Positions 48,000 through 60,189 of a stretch of 64,000 nucleotides of DNA are shown one piece after another. A program made the translations under genes and the position numbers. The notes under the pieces were generated by a model. That model was not told the origin of the DNA and ran no database searches. It saw nothing but the letters and a program-made list of their open reading frames with translations. Source of the DNA: Lama glama (Eukaryota); contig CM052820.1 in the NCBI GenBank assembly GCA_028534125.1, positions 29,946,001-30,010,000 on the forward strand. The letters run 5' to 3'. How positions within the stretch are numbered: the stretch's first letter is position 1; every line of letters begins with the position of its first letter.

Positions 48000-49470
48000 T
48001 TTGCTTTGAGTAAAATGTCGAGCTTGTAAATAATTTAAAAATAGCCTGTCATTCAATTGCAGCTTGTCCTTTAAGAAATTTTAATCGATGCAAAACACAT
48101 TTCTCAAACACAAGCGTCTAACCCCTGTGAAACCAGCTATCGGTCTGAAACAAAAAGCTGTGACACACGGTCAGGGGAGTGTGTGCAACGGTTATGAAGG
48201 AGAGTGAATTGAGCTACCACCCCAGAATCCAATATATGACAATACCCTGCAACTGAGGAATTAGCTATTTCGACAATATGTGATGTGGAAACACACCACT
48301 TGTTCAGCTTTTTTTGCTCAAGGGCAGTGAGAAGCTGAGGTTTCAATCCACTCATCAGAAACAATCAACATGCACATAAACTCTGCATTTTGGCTGCAAA
48401 TGGATTGTCTATTTGTTACATTTGCCAAAAGCTCAGCATTAGAGAGAAAGAGAAAGGGAGGGGAAGGTGGAGGGAGAGGGGAGACATAATAACTGTCTGA
48501 AATTAGGGTATAGTGTCACCTTGAGAATATAAACTCAAGGACAGAGTGGTTTAGCACAGGATTGGGAGGTAGGGGAATCTCTCCTGACTCAGCTGTCACT
48601 AAGCTAAGCTCAACCCCTTTCTACTGGGTCATCCATGTTGAAATGGGGAGAAAAGAGAGATCATTCCAAATGGGAGAGGAGCAGATGGCCCCCTCTTCCA
48701 GGGTGGCTGCTTCCCTTGGGGACAGCAGGAAGCAGAGGCAGCGGCTGCTCTTCCTTTGTGCTTCCCCACGCTGCCCAAGCCTGCACTGCTGGGTCGCACA
48801 GTCTGGTGGCCTTCTCTGACTCAGCTGTTCTTTTCTCGGAGAACTTTTTATCAAAGGAAACCAATCATTGTTCAACCCACAGTGCCAGGAGAAGCAGCAG
48901 CAAAACCCCAAGGACAATAGTAAGCTCTGTTCTTTTAGGTTGAAACTCCCAGAAAAGATTTTTTAATTTTTTTCCCTGCTTAGATCTGGAGGTCTATTCT
49001 TTCTTTCTTTCTTTTTTTTCCCCAACACTGACATAGATTATGAAAACATCATCCTAAATCGCCAGCATGGTAGCTCCAGTTTGGGAAATAAACGAGCACA
49101 ATTAGAGAATAAGGACACCTATGAGGGCTCAACTGAAGCTGGCTCGGCATTTGTTTTTAATGAATTGATTATCATCGATTATCAAAACATGTATGTATAG
49201 ATTTTACCCCTTAAATCGTCTATACTAAATAATCTGCAAAGCTGTTAACCCTGGATAGATTTAAAGATAATAGATAATGATGCATTATTCATAAATGTTG
49301 TACGGCAGGATATCCATTATACAACTGTTAATCTCTAGCAATATCATTTTCATATTCATCTGTTATGATTTTATTTAAGCCAGATTGTCGAAATTTTTTG
49401 AAATGTTGATTTTTAAAATCTGCCGCTATAACGAAACATCAGTTCCTCCTCTCATCTCAGTGCAGCCATG
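48000..49470. promoter_or_regulatory. Repeat-free, CNE/enhancer-like block
   Basis: No recognisable repeats; AT-rich stretches keeping CpGs; MEF2-like TTAAAAATAG, CUT/ONECUT-like ATCGAT, several GATA/TAAT motifs, two identical CTGACTCAGCTGT motifs. Confidence 0.4.
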
Positions 49471-49804
49471 GAGACTGCATGAGGATACTGCTTCCTTCCC
49501 TCCATGCCTGGCCCAGTTCACACATGGCCACACTCACAAAGACATGCGTGCATGCTGCTTGGCTGTGCTGTTGACGTTGAATGGCTAAGCCTGTCTTTGT
49601 CCCAAGGTCAACCAGAATCAAGCTCCACTTTTTGTCTTCCTGTAGGAAGTTTTCTTCATTGGTAAGCTGATTTAAATTCCTTTGCAGGTATTGAACCAAA
49701 TCTGCTCAGGCTGCAGCCCCCTGGGGCCTTTCACTCACGGCTATGTATAAATAAATTCTCATATAGGACAGCTTTTGATGAAACATTAAAGATGTCCCTG
49801 GTTA

Positions 49805-50406
49805 TGAAGTGGGAGGAAAGGGGGCAGGGCACAACCATTGGAGGAATGACACTGCCACTGAGGACAGGACAAACTGGTCAGAACCAAGCTGGCAGAAGAT
49901 GTGACCTCTAGTAGACCTTGAGCCTCACAGCACACCCACAGGCACCATAACAGTTCCCCAGTTGACCACAAAAGATCAAAAAGTGTGTGGGCAGGGGCAT
50001 TTCCTGGCAATCCTTGCCCCTTACTCAAAGTAGTTGGAGTAATCCTACCCATTAGCATGTGAAATTACCGAGCCCATAAAACCTAACAACTCCCGCATCT
50101 CGTGGTCGTTCTCGCTCTGTCCTCTCACCTTCTGAGCTGGCCCGCACTCTGTCTATGGAGTGTGTATCTAATTTCACTTTAAACTAAACACCCGACACCT
50201 CTCAGCTTCTCTCCCTCTCACCTTTCTGAGATGGCCCACGTTCTGCCTATGGAGTGTGTATCTCCTAAGCCGTTTTCCCTTCTGAGAGACAGACTGCACT
50301 CTGTCTATGGAGTGTGTATCTCTCTAAATAAACTTGCTTTCACTTTATCATGCCATGCTCTTGAATTCTTTCCTGCACAAGGCAAGAACCTATTCTCCCC
50401 CTAACA
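49805..50406 (+). mobile_element. ERV1 solo LTR, MER41-like (artiodactyl type), intact
   Basis: TG...CA termini, exact 4-bp TSD GTTA (49801-04 and 50407-10), start TGAAGTGGGAGGAAAGGGGGCAGGGCACAACC, three internal copies of CACTCTGTCTATGGAGTGTGTATCT-like units, AATAAA 50327-50332. Confidence 0.9.
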
Positions 50407-51194
50407 GTTATATAGTTTCTAGATTCTCTGTTTTCTCTATGAAAAATCCATGGTGGTGGAGAGAAACTTAGCCACGGAAAGGGAATAGATTTCTAAATTG
50501 CTGCCTATGGACCCCCTGGGACTTAATGGCACAGGGCAAAGAAGCAGCTGACCTTGGCAAAGGAAGCAAGGTAAATAAAATTAGCCAGTAAATCATCTCC
50601 CTTTAAAATACCAGCTGTCAACTCCCTCCAATGTTTATGAATTTGGGGCCATGTTACTGTCATATTGTGTCTCACCCAGGATCAAGAAGCATTGCTCCTT
50701 CATTTGGGAAAGGGTCCCAGTTCCCTTTAGCCACACAGGAGAGGCTAAAGCAAAGGGTTTGACTTTTTTCTTTCATGCCCTTTCCCTGTCACCTGTACAA
50801 GAAAGAACCCAATCCAGGCCAACCAATATTTATTGTACTAATGATTGTAATTTTTGCTTATTTTTAAACTATGCTCCCAGTCATTCCTTCCAAGATTGGG
50901 GCTGCTGGCTCCTACATAAGATTATGCACGACTTTTGGAAACTACCATCTGCTCAAAAAAGTGAATCTGCTGATGGAGACGGGGGATGGGTCTGGATGAG
51001 CAGCAATAAGACAAAGGTGAGAATCTTGCAAACTTGGGACGAGGGGTGTCTTATCCCTCTCCCGTAGCTCCCTAGTGGGACCAGGCTTCTGCAGCTTCAG
51101 GAGAGAGGCTGGTGGTGCTTGACAAGAACACTGAAACTTCAAGTTGGAGCTCTCCATTCAAGTGAAAATGGGAGATACACAATAGCAACTAAAG

Positions 51195-51330
51195 ATTTAA
51201 CCTTAGCCAGACACTGCACTAATTGCTTTATAAGTATTATCTCACTGAGTGCTCAGAACAATGTCAAGATGGATAATATTGCAGCTCCCTTTTAAAAATG
51301 AGCAAACTGAATAGTTAAGCAGATGGCCCA
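51195..51330 (-). mobile_element. MIR fragment
   Basis: GCCAGACACTGCACTAATTGCTTTA...CCCTTTTAAAAATGAGCAAACTGA. Confidence 0.6.
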
Positions 51331-52124
51331 CCCTCCTGTCCTGGGAAGAAGCACCATATAGCCTTGTAAGCAGTATGAGGCACCCTGCTTCTGCTGGACA
51401 TGAGGGTGACCAGCAAACCATAGTCACCTCCTGGCCTCGATCCTTCCTACCCAAGCTGAAAGCATGCGCTTCCAGCTGCATATCGATTCTGCCAGGCTTC
51501 TACAAATCCTCTAAGCGTTGCTAGGCAGGTCCTCCAGGGAGAATCAGCTGGAATCCCATGGGAATCACCAGGATCACAAGGGGATCTTAGGAGAAAACAC
51601 TGTGACAAGCCCTATAAAGCCCTTCTCCTTACACCCCACACCTTTTTGAAACCAAAGGAAAGAGCCTGACTGGGATCAAACACAGACTAGCTATTTTACT
51701 CTCAGTGTGCCCCTAACTATATCCTTTGGCTGGTGGCCAGGTGAAATTCCTATTATACTTTATAAGAGCAAAACCCTGAAGCTTTTCTCTGAATGTTGTT
51801 GTTGCTTCTAAAAAAGAAAAAGAAATCTTACTAAGCAGAGTCTGTAGTAGGCACATAAAGACCATATGTTGGCTCATTAAAATAGTAAATTTTTTCTTAT
51901 TGTTTATTTAAAAATACATGAAGCTTTTCCACTGCGCCTGGATAATCCATAGACCACCACAATATTTACCATTCCAAAAAATATCATACATACAAAATAT
52001 CAGTAAAATATCAGACTAAATCCATACGTCATAAACTGATTAAAGAACCTGGAGTGAGTGAGCCAGAAGGGCTGGGACAATTCAGGCTGGAAAAAAAAAA
52101 CTAATTTTTTACTCAAGTATAATA

Positions 52125-52270
52125 AAAATTATAATGCTTTACTCTTATAAAGAGATTTCCAACGCTATTATTTTGTTTGCGCTTCACAAGGCAATGAAGG
52201 GAGGTGTGGTCATCCCCATTTCCAGATTCAGACCAGCTAAGTGACTTGTCCAAGGTCACAGTCAGGAATG
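52125..52270 (-). mobile_element. MIR fragment
   Basis: CATCCCCATTTCCAGAT...TAAGTGACTTGTCCAAGGTCACA. Confidence 0.65.
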
Positions 52271-53821
52271 GAGGGAACTCAGGCTGTACATGGCTGATTA
52301 TCTGAGTAATCCAAGAACATGAAAGTCACTGGGATTTTTCTGCTTGAACTTCTAGCACAAGAGCTAGTCACTGACACAGATGAAAACACACACTCATAAA
52401 TGGTCTTTGCCCTTGACACCATCTGGGCCCAGATGGAAGGAAGTTATGAGCACATATGTCTGTGCTCTTCTGGCCACATTTTCAGTTATTCCATAGGAGG
52501 TGAGGGTGGACAGGGGAGGACAGCAGATGAGAGAGCCTCAAGAAGGGCTACTTGAACAAAAGTGGGGGAGAGCAGTGACAGAGCAGGAGGGTTCCCTCCA
52601 CCCTCCCCTCTTGGAGTGGAGGGGTCTGTTTCTCCCCAACCATGCTCCTTGCCTCATTAAATTACCATGCTAGGCACGTGAAGACAACACAGAAGGGTTT
52701 TCCATAAATTTGAGTTTAAAGGGGATAATACTTGATGTTAAATCATTAAATTAAATCATCCTTTACAAGACATTTTTACAATTTCAAGCCATTTTCCCAA
52801 CTAGCACTGCATAGTAAATTAATTACTGTGTTAGTAGTCCATTGGTGACTCTTGTAAACATGTTTTACTCAAAACAAATACACAAAACTATTCTCCAAAT
52901 ATTTGTTCACATATTTGAATCCATTAAAAAGTGCTCGTAATTTTAGAGGGAAAAGTACTCTTGGTAATTCCATTGCTTGCTTCATTTTATTGTGGGAAGA
53001 GTTATGCTCAGATTTCAGTTGGCATATAGAATAATTTATCACAGCTACTTATGTGGTACTGGCTAACATAATTGAAGACTTTTTATAAGTTAAGTAGGGT
53101 TGGAGAAGGATAGTTATTAATCTAGTAAAAACAACTTCAATAATTTGGTTCATATATATGCTAAGAAGAAGATGAACCATTTTTTCATCCCTAATGGCTA
53201 AAAATATGAAAGGTAAAAAAATCTCATGTTAGATAAACTTACAACAAATATCACACACATTATATTTAGGCATGTTCTTTTCAAAAAAGGATTCACTTCA
53301 TGTTTGTAAACAAATGCTTAGTTTTATAAAATAAGTAATATGTAATAAAAGAATATGCTTTAAGCAAGATGACCCACCTAAGATGAGTAAGAAGTATAAT
53401 TTGGGTAAAAATATTTTTTATATCAGCCATGTAAAAGTTTGCTGTGCTCAAATTCTATATAAATAACTTGGTTTGGTTTTATATGCAATTTAAGTTTTTT
53501 CTAAATACACATATTTTGTGCACAGCTGAAAATCACAGAGCATCAAAATAACTATGTAGAAGGAACAGATTTTGAAGAAGTATATTTACATGTCTTGTAT
53601 CTACAGAACCATTTTCTCCAAATGTGGCAGAACTGATTTGATAAGCTCAAGTACACTCAAGGAACAAGGGTATATCTGAAATCTGAATATCTGAAATCAG
53701 GCTTGAGACCTAAAAATCGATAGTCTCTGGCTGCTATATCTCTGCAGAGAATGAGGTCACACATATGCACATTAATGTGACACCCCGTGTACACTCTGTG
53801 TACACAGGCAGAGGCACATCA

Positions 53822-53942
53822 AAAGAGAGTTCTCATTCTAAGTGAAGTGGGCTGGAAAGAGAAAGAAAAATGCCATATGACATCATTTATACGAGGAATC
53901 TAAAAAAAAAAAATAATAATAATAATGACACAAATGAACTAA
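53822..53942 (+). mobile_element. Short young L1 3'UTR fragment
   Basis: TCATTCTAAGTGAAGTGGGCTGGAAAGAGAAAGAAAAATGCCATATGACATCATTTATACGAGGAATCTAAAA...GACACAAATGAACT. Confidence 0.75.
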
Positions 53943-54244
53943 TTATTATTTTGATTTCTTGATTATGTGTGAGCACATTTGACTGTCCTTTATGATTGGA
54001 GTACTGCATTCTGTTGATTCTTATTTTGTACTTGACTTTATTCCTTTTGTACTTGACTTACATAACTATGTAAGTTTAAAAAGCTAAAGATCTAATCTGT
54101 TCTTAGAAACAATAATTAATACATATATGTAAACTAAAAAAAAGTGCAGTATACTGTATATATGTATTTACATGCAATATAATATGTATGTGCAGTCAAC
54201 TATAATAATTCTACCTAATAAAACTGAAAAAGGAGAAAAAAAGT

Positions 54245-54690
54245 TAAAATCACCCAAATGTCCATAAGCAGAGAAGCAGATAAATGAATTGTGCAGTGTA
54301 CATACAATGGACTACTAAGCAGAAATTACAGTGCACAAACTATTACTACCCTCTCAACGTGAATGGATGTCACACTCACAACATTGGGCAAAAGAAGCCA
54401 GATATGCAAAGAACAGTGTATTGTTTCATTTCTGTAAGGTTTTTTAAAAAGCGGAAATAATCCATGGTGTTGGAGTCAGGATAGTGGTGACCCCTGGGAG
54501 AGGGAGGCAGTTCGAGGGAGGGGCAGTAAGGAGTCTTCTGGACTCCCAGTGTCTCCTATTCATTCATCTGTAGGCTCCTTACACAGACTGGTTTCACTTT
54601 GTGAAAATTCATCTAGCTATACACTTACGATTTATGCACTTCTCTGTATGTAAGTCATGCTTCAATAAAAAGCTTACTTAAAAAAATAAA
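54245..54690 (+). mobile_element. L1ME-like 3' end
   Basis: CCCAAATGTCCATAAGCAG...GATAAATGAATTGTG...AAAGAAGCCAGA...CACTTTGTGAAAATTCATCTAGCTATACACTTACGATTTATGCACTT...CTTCAATAAAAA. Confidence 0.85.
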
Positions 54691-56594
54691 AATAAGAAGA
54701 CAGCTAAAAAAGCACCCCTCCAAACATAGCTGACCCAGAGTGCTACAGAGGGCTTAAGCTCTCGGTGCCCTCTGCAGGGGAGCAGAGCCCTTGTGTTTTA
54801 TAGGGACTCCAGGGAATGGGAACTCACAATCCTGAGAAAAGCCCTCATCTTCTCATACGGTTGTAGCAAACAAGATCTCATCACTCTGAAAGAAGGGGAA
54901 AGCCCATGGCCTCTCTGAGCCAAATATCCCCTAGAGTGTGTTTTTCCAGCTTCTCCATAACCCAGTCACATAGAGCCAGGAAATCCTTGGAGGGTATGTC
55001 CATAGATCCAATTAGATGAACTACTTGCCAAATGTGTGGACAGTCTCACTCCCTAGAAGAGATCCTGTTGGCTTTTGACAGAACAACCTGGTTGGGAAAG
55101 AACGCATTCTGCAAACTGCCTCTAAGCATCACTGAAATGTGAGAGGATGTTATAAAAGCAATATTACATTTCTGCTGCCAGAATTAAGAAATGGAGCCTT
55201 TTCATCTGGTCTGAACTTTCTTCAAGAAATGCACCAAAGCTAACGCATCCTGGAATGATTCCATCTGGGGAACACGGAGCTCTGCCGTTCTCATCCACAC
55301 TACTGCTCTGCTTAGAGCCCAGAGCCTCCTCAGTAAGCAAGACAGGGAAGCTGACAAATGGGCAAACAAAGCCCAGGGCTGAAAGGGATTGGGGGGCAGC
55401 AAGCAGCAACATAAACACGGACAGCCGGAAGAGGAAACAGACACTCGGCCAACTGGCGGTAGAAGAACTGCACGTTATTACTGACTCTGGCTCTGCTGTC
55501 TCTCTATATCCTACATAAATTTTGTTACCTTGCTGGAAAATGGGTACGGAATGCTTTCTCCAAGTTGGGGCAAGAAATGTTGATGGCTATGAAGGAAGAC
55601 AGGATTTTCTTGCCTCTCTGAGCATTTAACCTTGCTGTCCTAGTGAGAAATGTCTTTATCAAGCCTGACATCATTCACCATGATCAGGTTTCTCTGGTTC
55701 CTGGCAAGAACACACTAGATCTGTAATCTTTAGTGCTTCTTCTAACCCTAACACTTACTGGCAGTGTCATCTTCAGCTACTAATTTAACTTCTCTGGGAT
55801 GCAAATACTTTGCCGCCTGAAACCGCCCTTACCTTTCTTCAAATACTCAAAGGAGCAGAATAAAGGATGCCTGCACATTGCTTTAAGCATTCACAAACTT
55901 AAGTGATTCTCTGAATGGGAAGGCCAGCCTTGTTCAATGTGCCTTCCATTCCCATCTCCATGTGTAAGCCCTGCCCAGCTCTACCAAGAGGATTGATGGA
56001 GTTCTGCCTTCCACAAGAGGTGGGGCGGGGCCTATAAATTCCCCAAGCTAAGGAGAAGTTGGATCACTCCCAAAATCCTTTCAGTTAGAATCAGTGGCCT
56101 CTAGTTGCTACCAAAGCTCCTGCCAGAAAGTTTTTGACCCTCTGGTATTTTGCCTTTCCTTGATTTAAAGAGAATTTAAAAATTTCCAATTAGATAAATT
56201 GAGTTTTTGAGGAAGTGATAATTGCTAAATTATGATAAAGAGCAATTTTAATATGTACTTTTTTATCATGTTTTTGCAGGGAAAAAACTGTTGCAGCCAT
56301 TGACAATTTGGAAAGAGGAACATACTTTACAACTAAAGTGTCAGAAGTTAGAGTTCAGAGAAGGTCAGTGAGAAATAAAATGAAAGCCTTACTGAGATTA
56401 TAATTTGAGCAAAGGGGAAAGTACAATTCAATTTCACCCCCAAAGGGCGATTTTTATGTGCACATGTTTTAGGGAACATATCCATGGCAAAAGTGCACTG
56501 CACCTGTAGATCACACTCTTCCAGCTCTTTCCAGCAATGCCAAGGCAGCATGGAGAAAACGAATGCTTCTCTCAGTCAAGCACGTAATCACATA

Positions 56595-56720
56595 TTTCCA
56601 GATGAGAGGCACGAAAAGTGATCAAAGGTTTGGGAAGTTGGATCTATAAAGAAAGACTAATGGAACTGGTTTCATATATCCTTGAGAAGAAGAAAAGACC
56701 GGGAGGAGAAGGGGGCTCTC
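56595..56720 (+). mobile_element. L3/CR1 fragment
   Basis: CCAGATGAGAGGCACGAAAAGTGATCAAAGGTTTGG...CTATAAAGAAAGACTAATGGAACTGG...CCTTGAGAAGAAG resembles the CR1 3' motif QRRAT.MI.GL...YEERL.EL...LEKRR. Confidence 0.6.
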
Positions 56721-57450
56721 AACCCTGTGTATGAAGGAATATGCACAACCAGTGATTCTATGAATGAACCGAGGGCAAAAGCAAGGCTGCTAAAGAACAA
56801 CCAGGTATACTTACATTTAAACAGGTTTTTAAATGTTCAAGCATTTAAGCTAGAGGGCTACTCAGAGCCATCTTTAACAATATCAAAAGAGGCCATGAGT
56901 CTGCCTGGAAACCTTGAGCAAAGTCATACCTGGTCTCTTTTCTAGGTTGGCCTGTTTAGCAGCGAGAGAAGACCAGAAGGACTTTGAGGAACTTTCAAAA
57001 TTGAAGTTTTAGGACCTTGGCTGGCATTAGGCTCAATAAGGTGGCAGTAATCTGATCAGAAAATAACAGTAACCCTCATCACAGCCTCCTCAGTTACCAT
57101 CCAGATGTTGTCATGGGTCTACATCATTTTCTCAAACCACAGGACTTCCCTGGACTCATGAGCTCCATAAAATAAGTTCTTGGTGTGACTTTGCTATTTC
57201 TGTACCTGTTGTCACTTTTTTTCAGTCATCCCAGCATGACACCACAGAAGCTCATCTGTCTCCTTCACTCCTCACTGCCAGTCCATCAACAATGCCTCCT
57301 GAGTCTTCCCTCTGTCTCTCTCATCTCATAACCATCCCCTCCTTTTCCCTTGCAGGGCCAACATTCTAGTTTAGGTGATCATTAGGATGCATCAGTAAGA
57401 AAATTAATTTGACTATTCAATTCCTGTCTCCTAAATTCCAAACTCTTCCT

Positions 57451-57636
57451 CAGTGTTTCTCAAAAGATGGCCCAAAGATCACCTCCAAGAAAATCACCAT
57501 GGGAGTTTGTTAAAATTGTAAAATTCCCAGGTCCCAGACTTCTGTCTCAGAATATCTGGGGTTTGCTCTCAGGGATTAGAATTTTCAACAAGCTTTCTCT
57601 GTGTGATACTGGCATACCCTAAAGTTTTAGAAACCT
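57451..57636. mobile_element. MER5A hAT-Charlie element
   Basis: CAGTGTTTCTCAAA...AATCACC...TTGTTAAAATTGTAAAATTCCCAGG...TCAGAATATCTGGGG...TAAAGTTTTAGAAAC. Confidence 0.8.
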
Positions 57637-57769
57637 CCTTTAGCAATTCAAGCCAACTACAGTTTATTTGTTCATTTATTCAACAACACATGCCACAAGC
57701 AGTTCTTCTTTTCATCAAGTGATGCCATACACTAAAAAGTTTAAAGTATGATCATCAGTAGTACAAAGT

Positions 57770-58140
57770 ATAAATAAAAGGTGGTATATTCATGTAATGG
57801 GTTGCTATTCAGCAATAAAAAAAAAACCCAACTACTGCTACACATAACACGGATAAATCTCACAGGCAATAATGAGAAGGAACTAGACATGAAAGAATAC
57901 ATGTGGTATGATTCCACTTAAATGAAATTTAAGGACAGACTACTCTATGGTGATAGACATGATAAAAGTGGCTTGAGAAGAGGCACAAAGGGCACTTTCT
58001 GGAATGCTGGAGTTGTTCTACAGTTTAATCCAGGAGGTACTGACATGGGTGTGTATGTGTGCTTATGTATGTTAAGTAAACATTTGCTGAGGTTTGTACT
58101 TTTTTATACATGTAAGCTATCCCTCAATTAATATAACAAA
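57770..58140 (+). mobile_element. L1ME-like 3' end
   Basis: GTGGTATATTCATGTAATGG...TATTCAGCAATAAAAA...GGATAAATCTCACA...TATGATTCCACTTAAATGAAATT. Confidence 0.75.
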
Positions 58141-58554
58141 AAGAAGTAAGTAGTTATGGGCTTAAGAGAGTGTGAGAGAAAGGTGGGGGTGCGGGAAGGG
58201 AGTGAGGAAGATAAGGAGGAAAGAGGAAGAAAAGAAAAAGGGAAAGCCCTGAATGATTCATTATTGTCCAAACTTCTTAACATGTCTTGTAAGACCTTTC
58301 ACAATATATTCATAACTTAATTTTCAAACTAAAGTACCATCACTTCCCTTACATAAAAACTCTTCTCCATTCAGACTGACCTACTTGTGTTTTGATTTTA
58401 CTGAATAAAACTCACGGTTTCTTACCTTCCTCTTCTTCTCTGTCATCTCTGTCAATCACACCTCACCCACCTAGAATGTTATTCTTTCTCCATCCAAATC
58501 TTAACCATACATGAAAGTCTAATTGTTTCCTCATAACCCCTTTTCCTGATCACT

Positions 58555-58969
58555 TGTTGCGGGTTGAATTCTGTCCCTCTAAGAGATATCCTGAAGTCCT
58601 AACACCTGGTACCTGTGGATCACCTTCTTTAGAAATAGGATCTTTGCAGATGTAATTAGTTAAGATGAGGTGATACTGGATTAGGATGGGAACTAAATCC
58701 AATGACTAGTATCCTTCTAAGAAGGCCATGTGAAGATACAGAGACACACAGGAGGATATCACATGAAGATGGATACAGAGATTGGAGTGATGCCTCCATC
58801 AGAAGCTAGGAAAGAGGCAAGCAGGGATTCTCCCCTAGATCCTACAGAGGGAACCCTGCAACACCTCGACATTGGATTTCTATTCTGTAAAACTGTTATA
58901 GAATAAATAAATGTTGTTTTAAATTGCCAGTTTGCAGCAATCTGTTTTGGTAGCCCTAGGAAACGTACA
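58555..58969 (+). mobile_element. MaLR solo LTR, MLT1C class
   Basis: TGTTGCGGGTTGAATT...TTTGCAGATGTAATTAGTTAAGATGAGG...GCCCTAGGAAACGTACA; flanks TCACT/TTACT (probable TSD). Confidence 0.9.
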
Positions 58970-59042
58970 TTACTCCCATGGTCGCCCTCTTTTACTTCTT
59001 GACTTCTATAGCTCCTAAATTCTAAACAAATCATTTGGCCCC

Positions 59043-59541
59043 TGGGGTAGCCAGCCTCCCACACAGTCCACGGGGATGCCCCCCTCATGGTATTGGTCCC
59101 TCCCATATTGATAGGAGTGACATATATTACCAAGAGTATATTATGGAAATGATGTGTAGTTTCTGAGGCCAGTTCATAAGTCATTGCAGCACTTGCCTTG
59201 CTCTCTTAGACCATTCAGTCTGGAACAAGTGAGGAGCCATGTCATTAGAACACTCAGGAAGCCCTATGGAGACATACACATGGTAACAGTTCTCACAAAC
59301 TCACCACTTAAGAGAGTGAACCAACTAGGAAGCACATTCTCCAACCCCAGTCAAACCTTCAGCCAGTATCCCTGGCTGAAATCTTGACCGCAACCTTCTA
59401 AGAGTACCCAAACCAGAACCACCTAGCTAATCCACTTCTGGATTTCAAACCCACAGAAACTATACGAGATAATAAATATCTATTGTTTTAGGACACTAAG
59501 TGTTGGGTAATTTTTTTCAGCAGCAATAGATAAGCAATATA
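59043..59541 (+). mobile_element. MaLR solo LTR, MLT1E/F class
   Basis: TGGGGTAGCCAGCCTC...GAACACTCAGGAAGCCCTATGGAG...CCCCAGTCAAACCTTCAG...CCCACAGAAACT...GCAGCAATAGATAA. Confidence 0.85.
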
Positions 59542-59689
59542 TCTCCTGTTGCTATATAGTAGTTCATATTTCTAACTCTTTCGGGGAGAGTCTTTACTTC
59601 TCAACTAGATTGCAAACTCCTTGAAAGGAGCTAGCATTTCTTGTGTTTCTTTGCATCCTCAACCATGCCCAATAATTAAACACAGATAC

Positions 59690-59845
59690 ATACATATATA
59701 GAAATAGATATAGGTACAGATATAGATATCTCACATTGTATATATATTTCACATTGTATATATACTTGTGTGTGAAATACATATTTATAAATTTATAAAT
59801 ATTTATATAAATATATAAATAATATATGTATATTTCACACACATG
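59690..59845. repeat. AT-rich low-complexity repeat with palindromes
   Basis: (AT)n-like tract; perfect 22-bp palindrome 59781-59802; 20-bp tandem duplication at ~59730-59765. Confidence 0.85.
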
Positions 59846-60055
59846 CACAAAATGTGCTCGATAATCATGTGCGCATGGTGAATGAATAAAAGATCAGAGT
59901 GTATCCCATTAAATAAGCTTTCAAAATACTGCATTGAACAACACTCATTTAAAGATCAAGCTTATGGAAACTTCTGTCACAAGCAAATCACTTGAGAAAA
60001 GCTGCATTTGAAGCCATTATGAAGCCGTTCTCTTTTCTCTCTCACCCATTTCCCT

Positions 60056-60189
60056 NNNNNNNNNNNNNNNNNNNNNNNNNNNNNNNNNNNNNNNNNNNNN
60101 NNNNNNNNNNNNNNNNNNNNNNNNNNNNNNNNNNNNNNNNNNNNNNNNNNNNNNNNNNNNNNNNNNNNNNNNNNNNNNNNNNNNNNNNN
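60056..60189. other. Assembly gap (N run)
   Basis: Directly visible. Confidence 1.

Noticed and set aside
50121-50322. Three spaced direct repeats, superficially CRISPR-like
   Set aside because: They are imperfect internal repeats of a mammalian ERV LTR; the context is eukaryotic and there are no cas genes.
55164-55518. Overlapping ORFs and an ACGGACAGC REST half-site
   Set aside because: No recognisable domain; the left RE1 half (TCAGCACC) is absent at canonical spacing.
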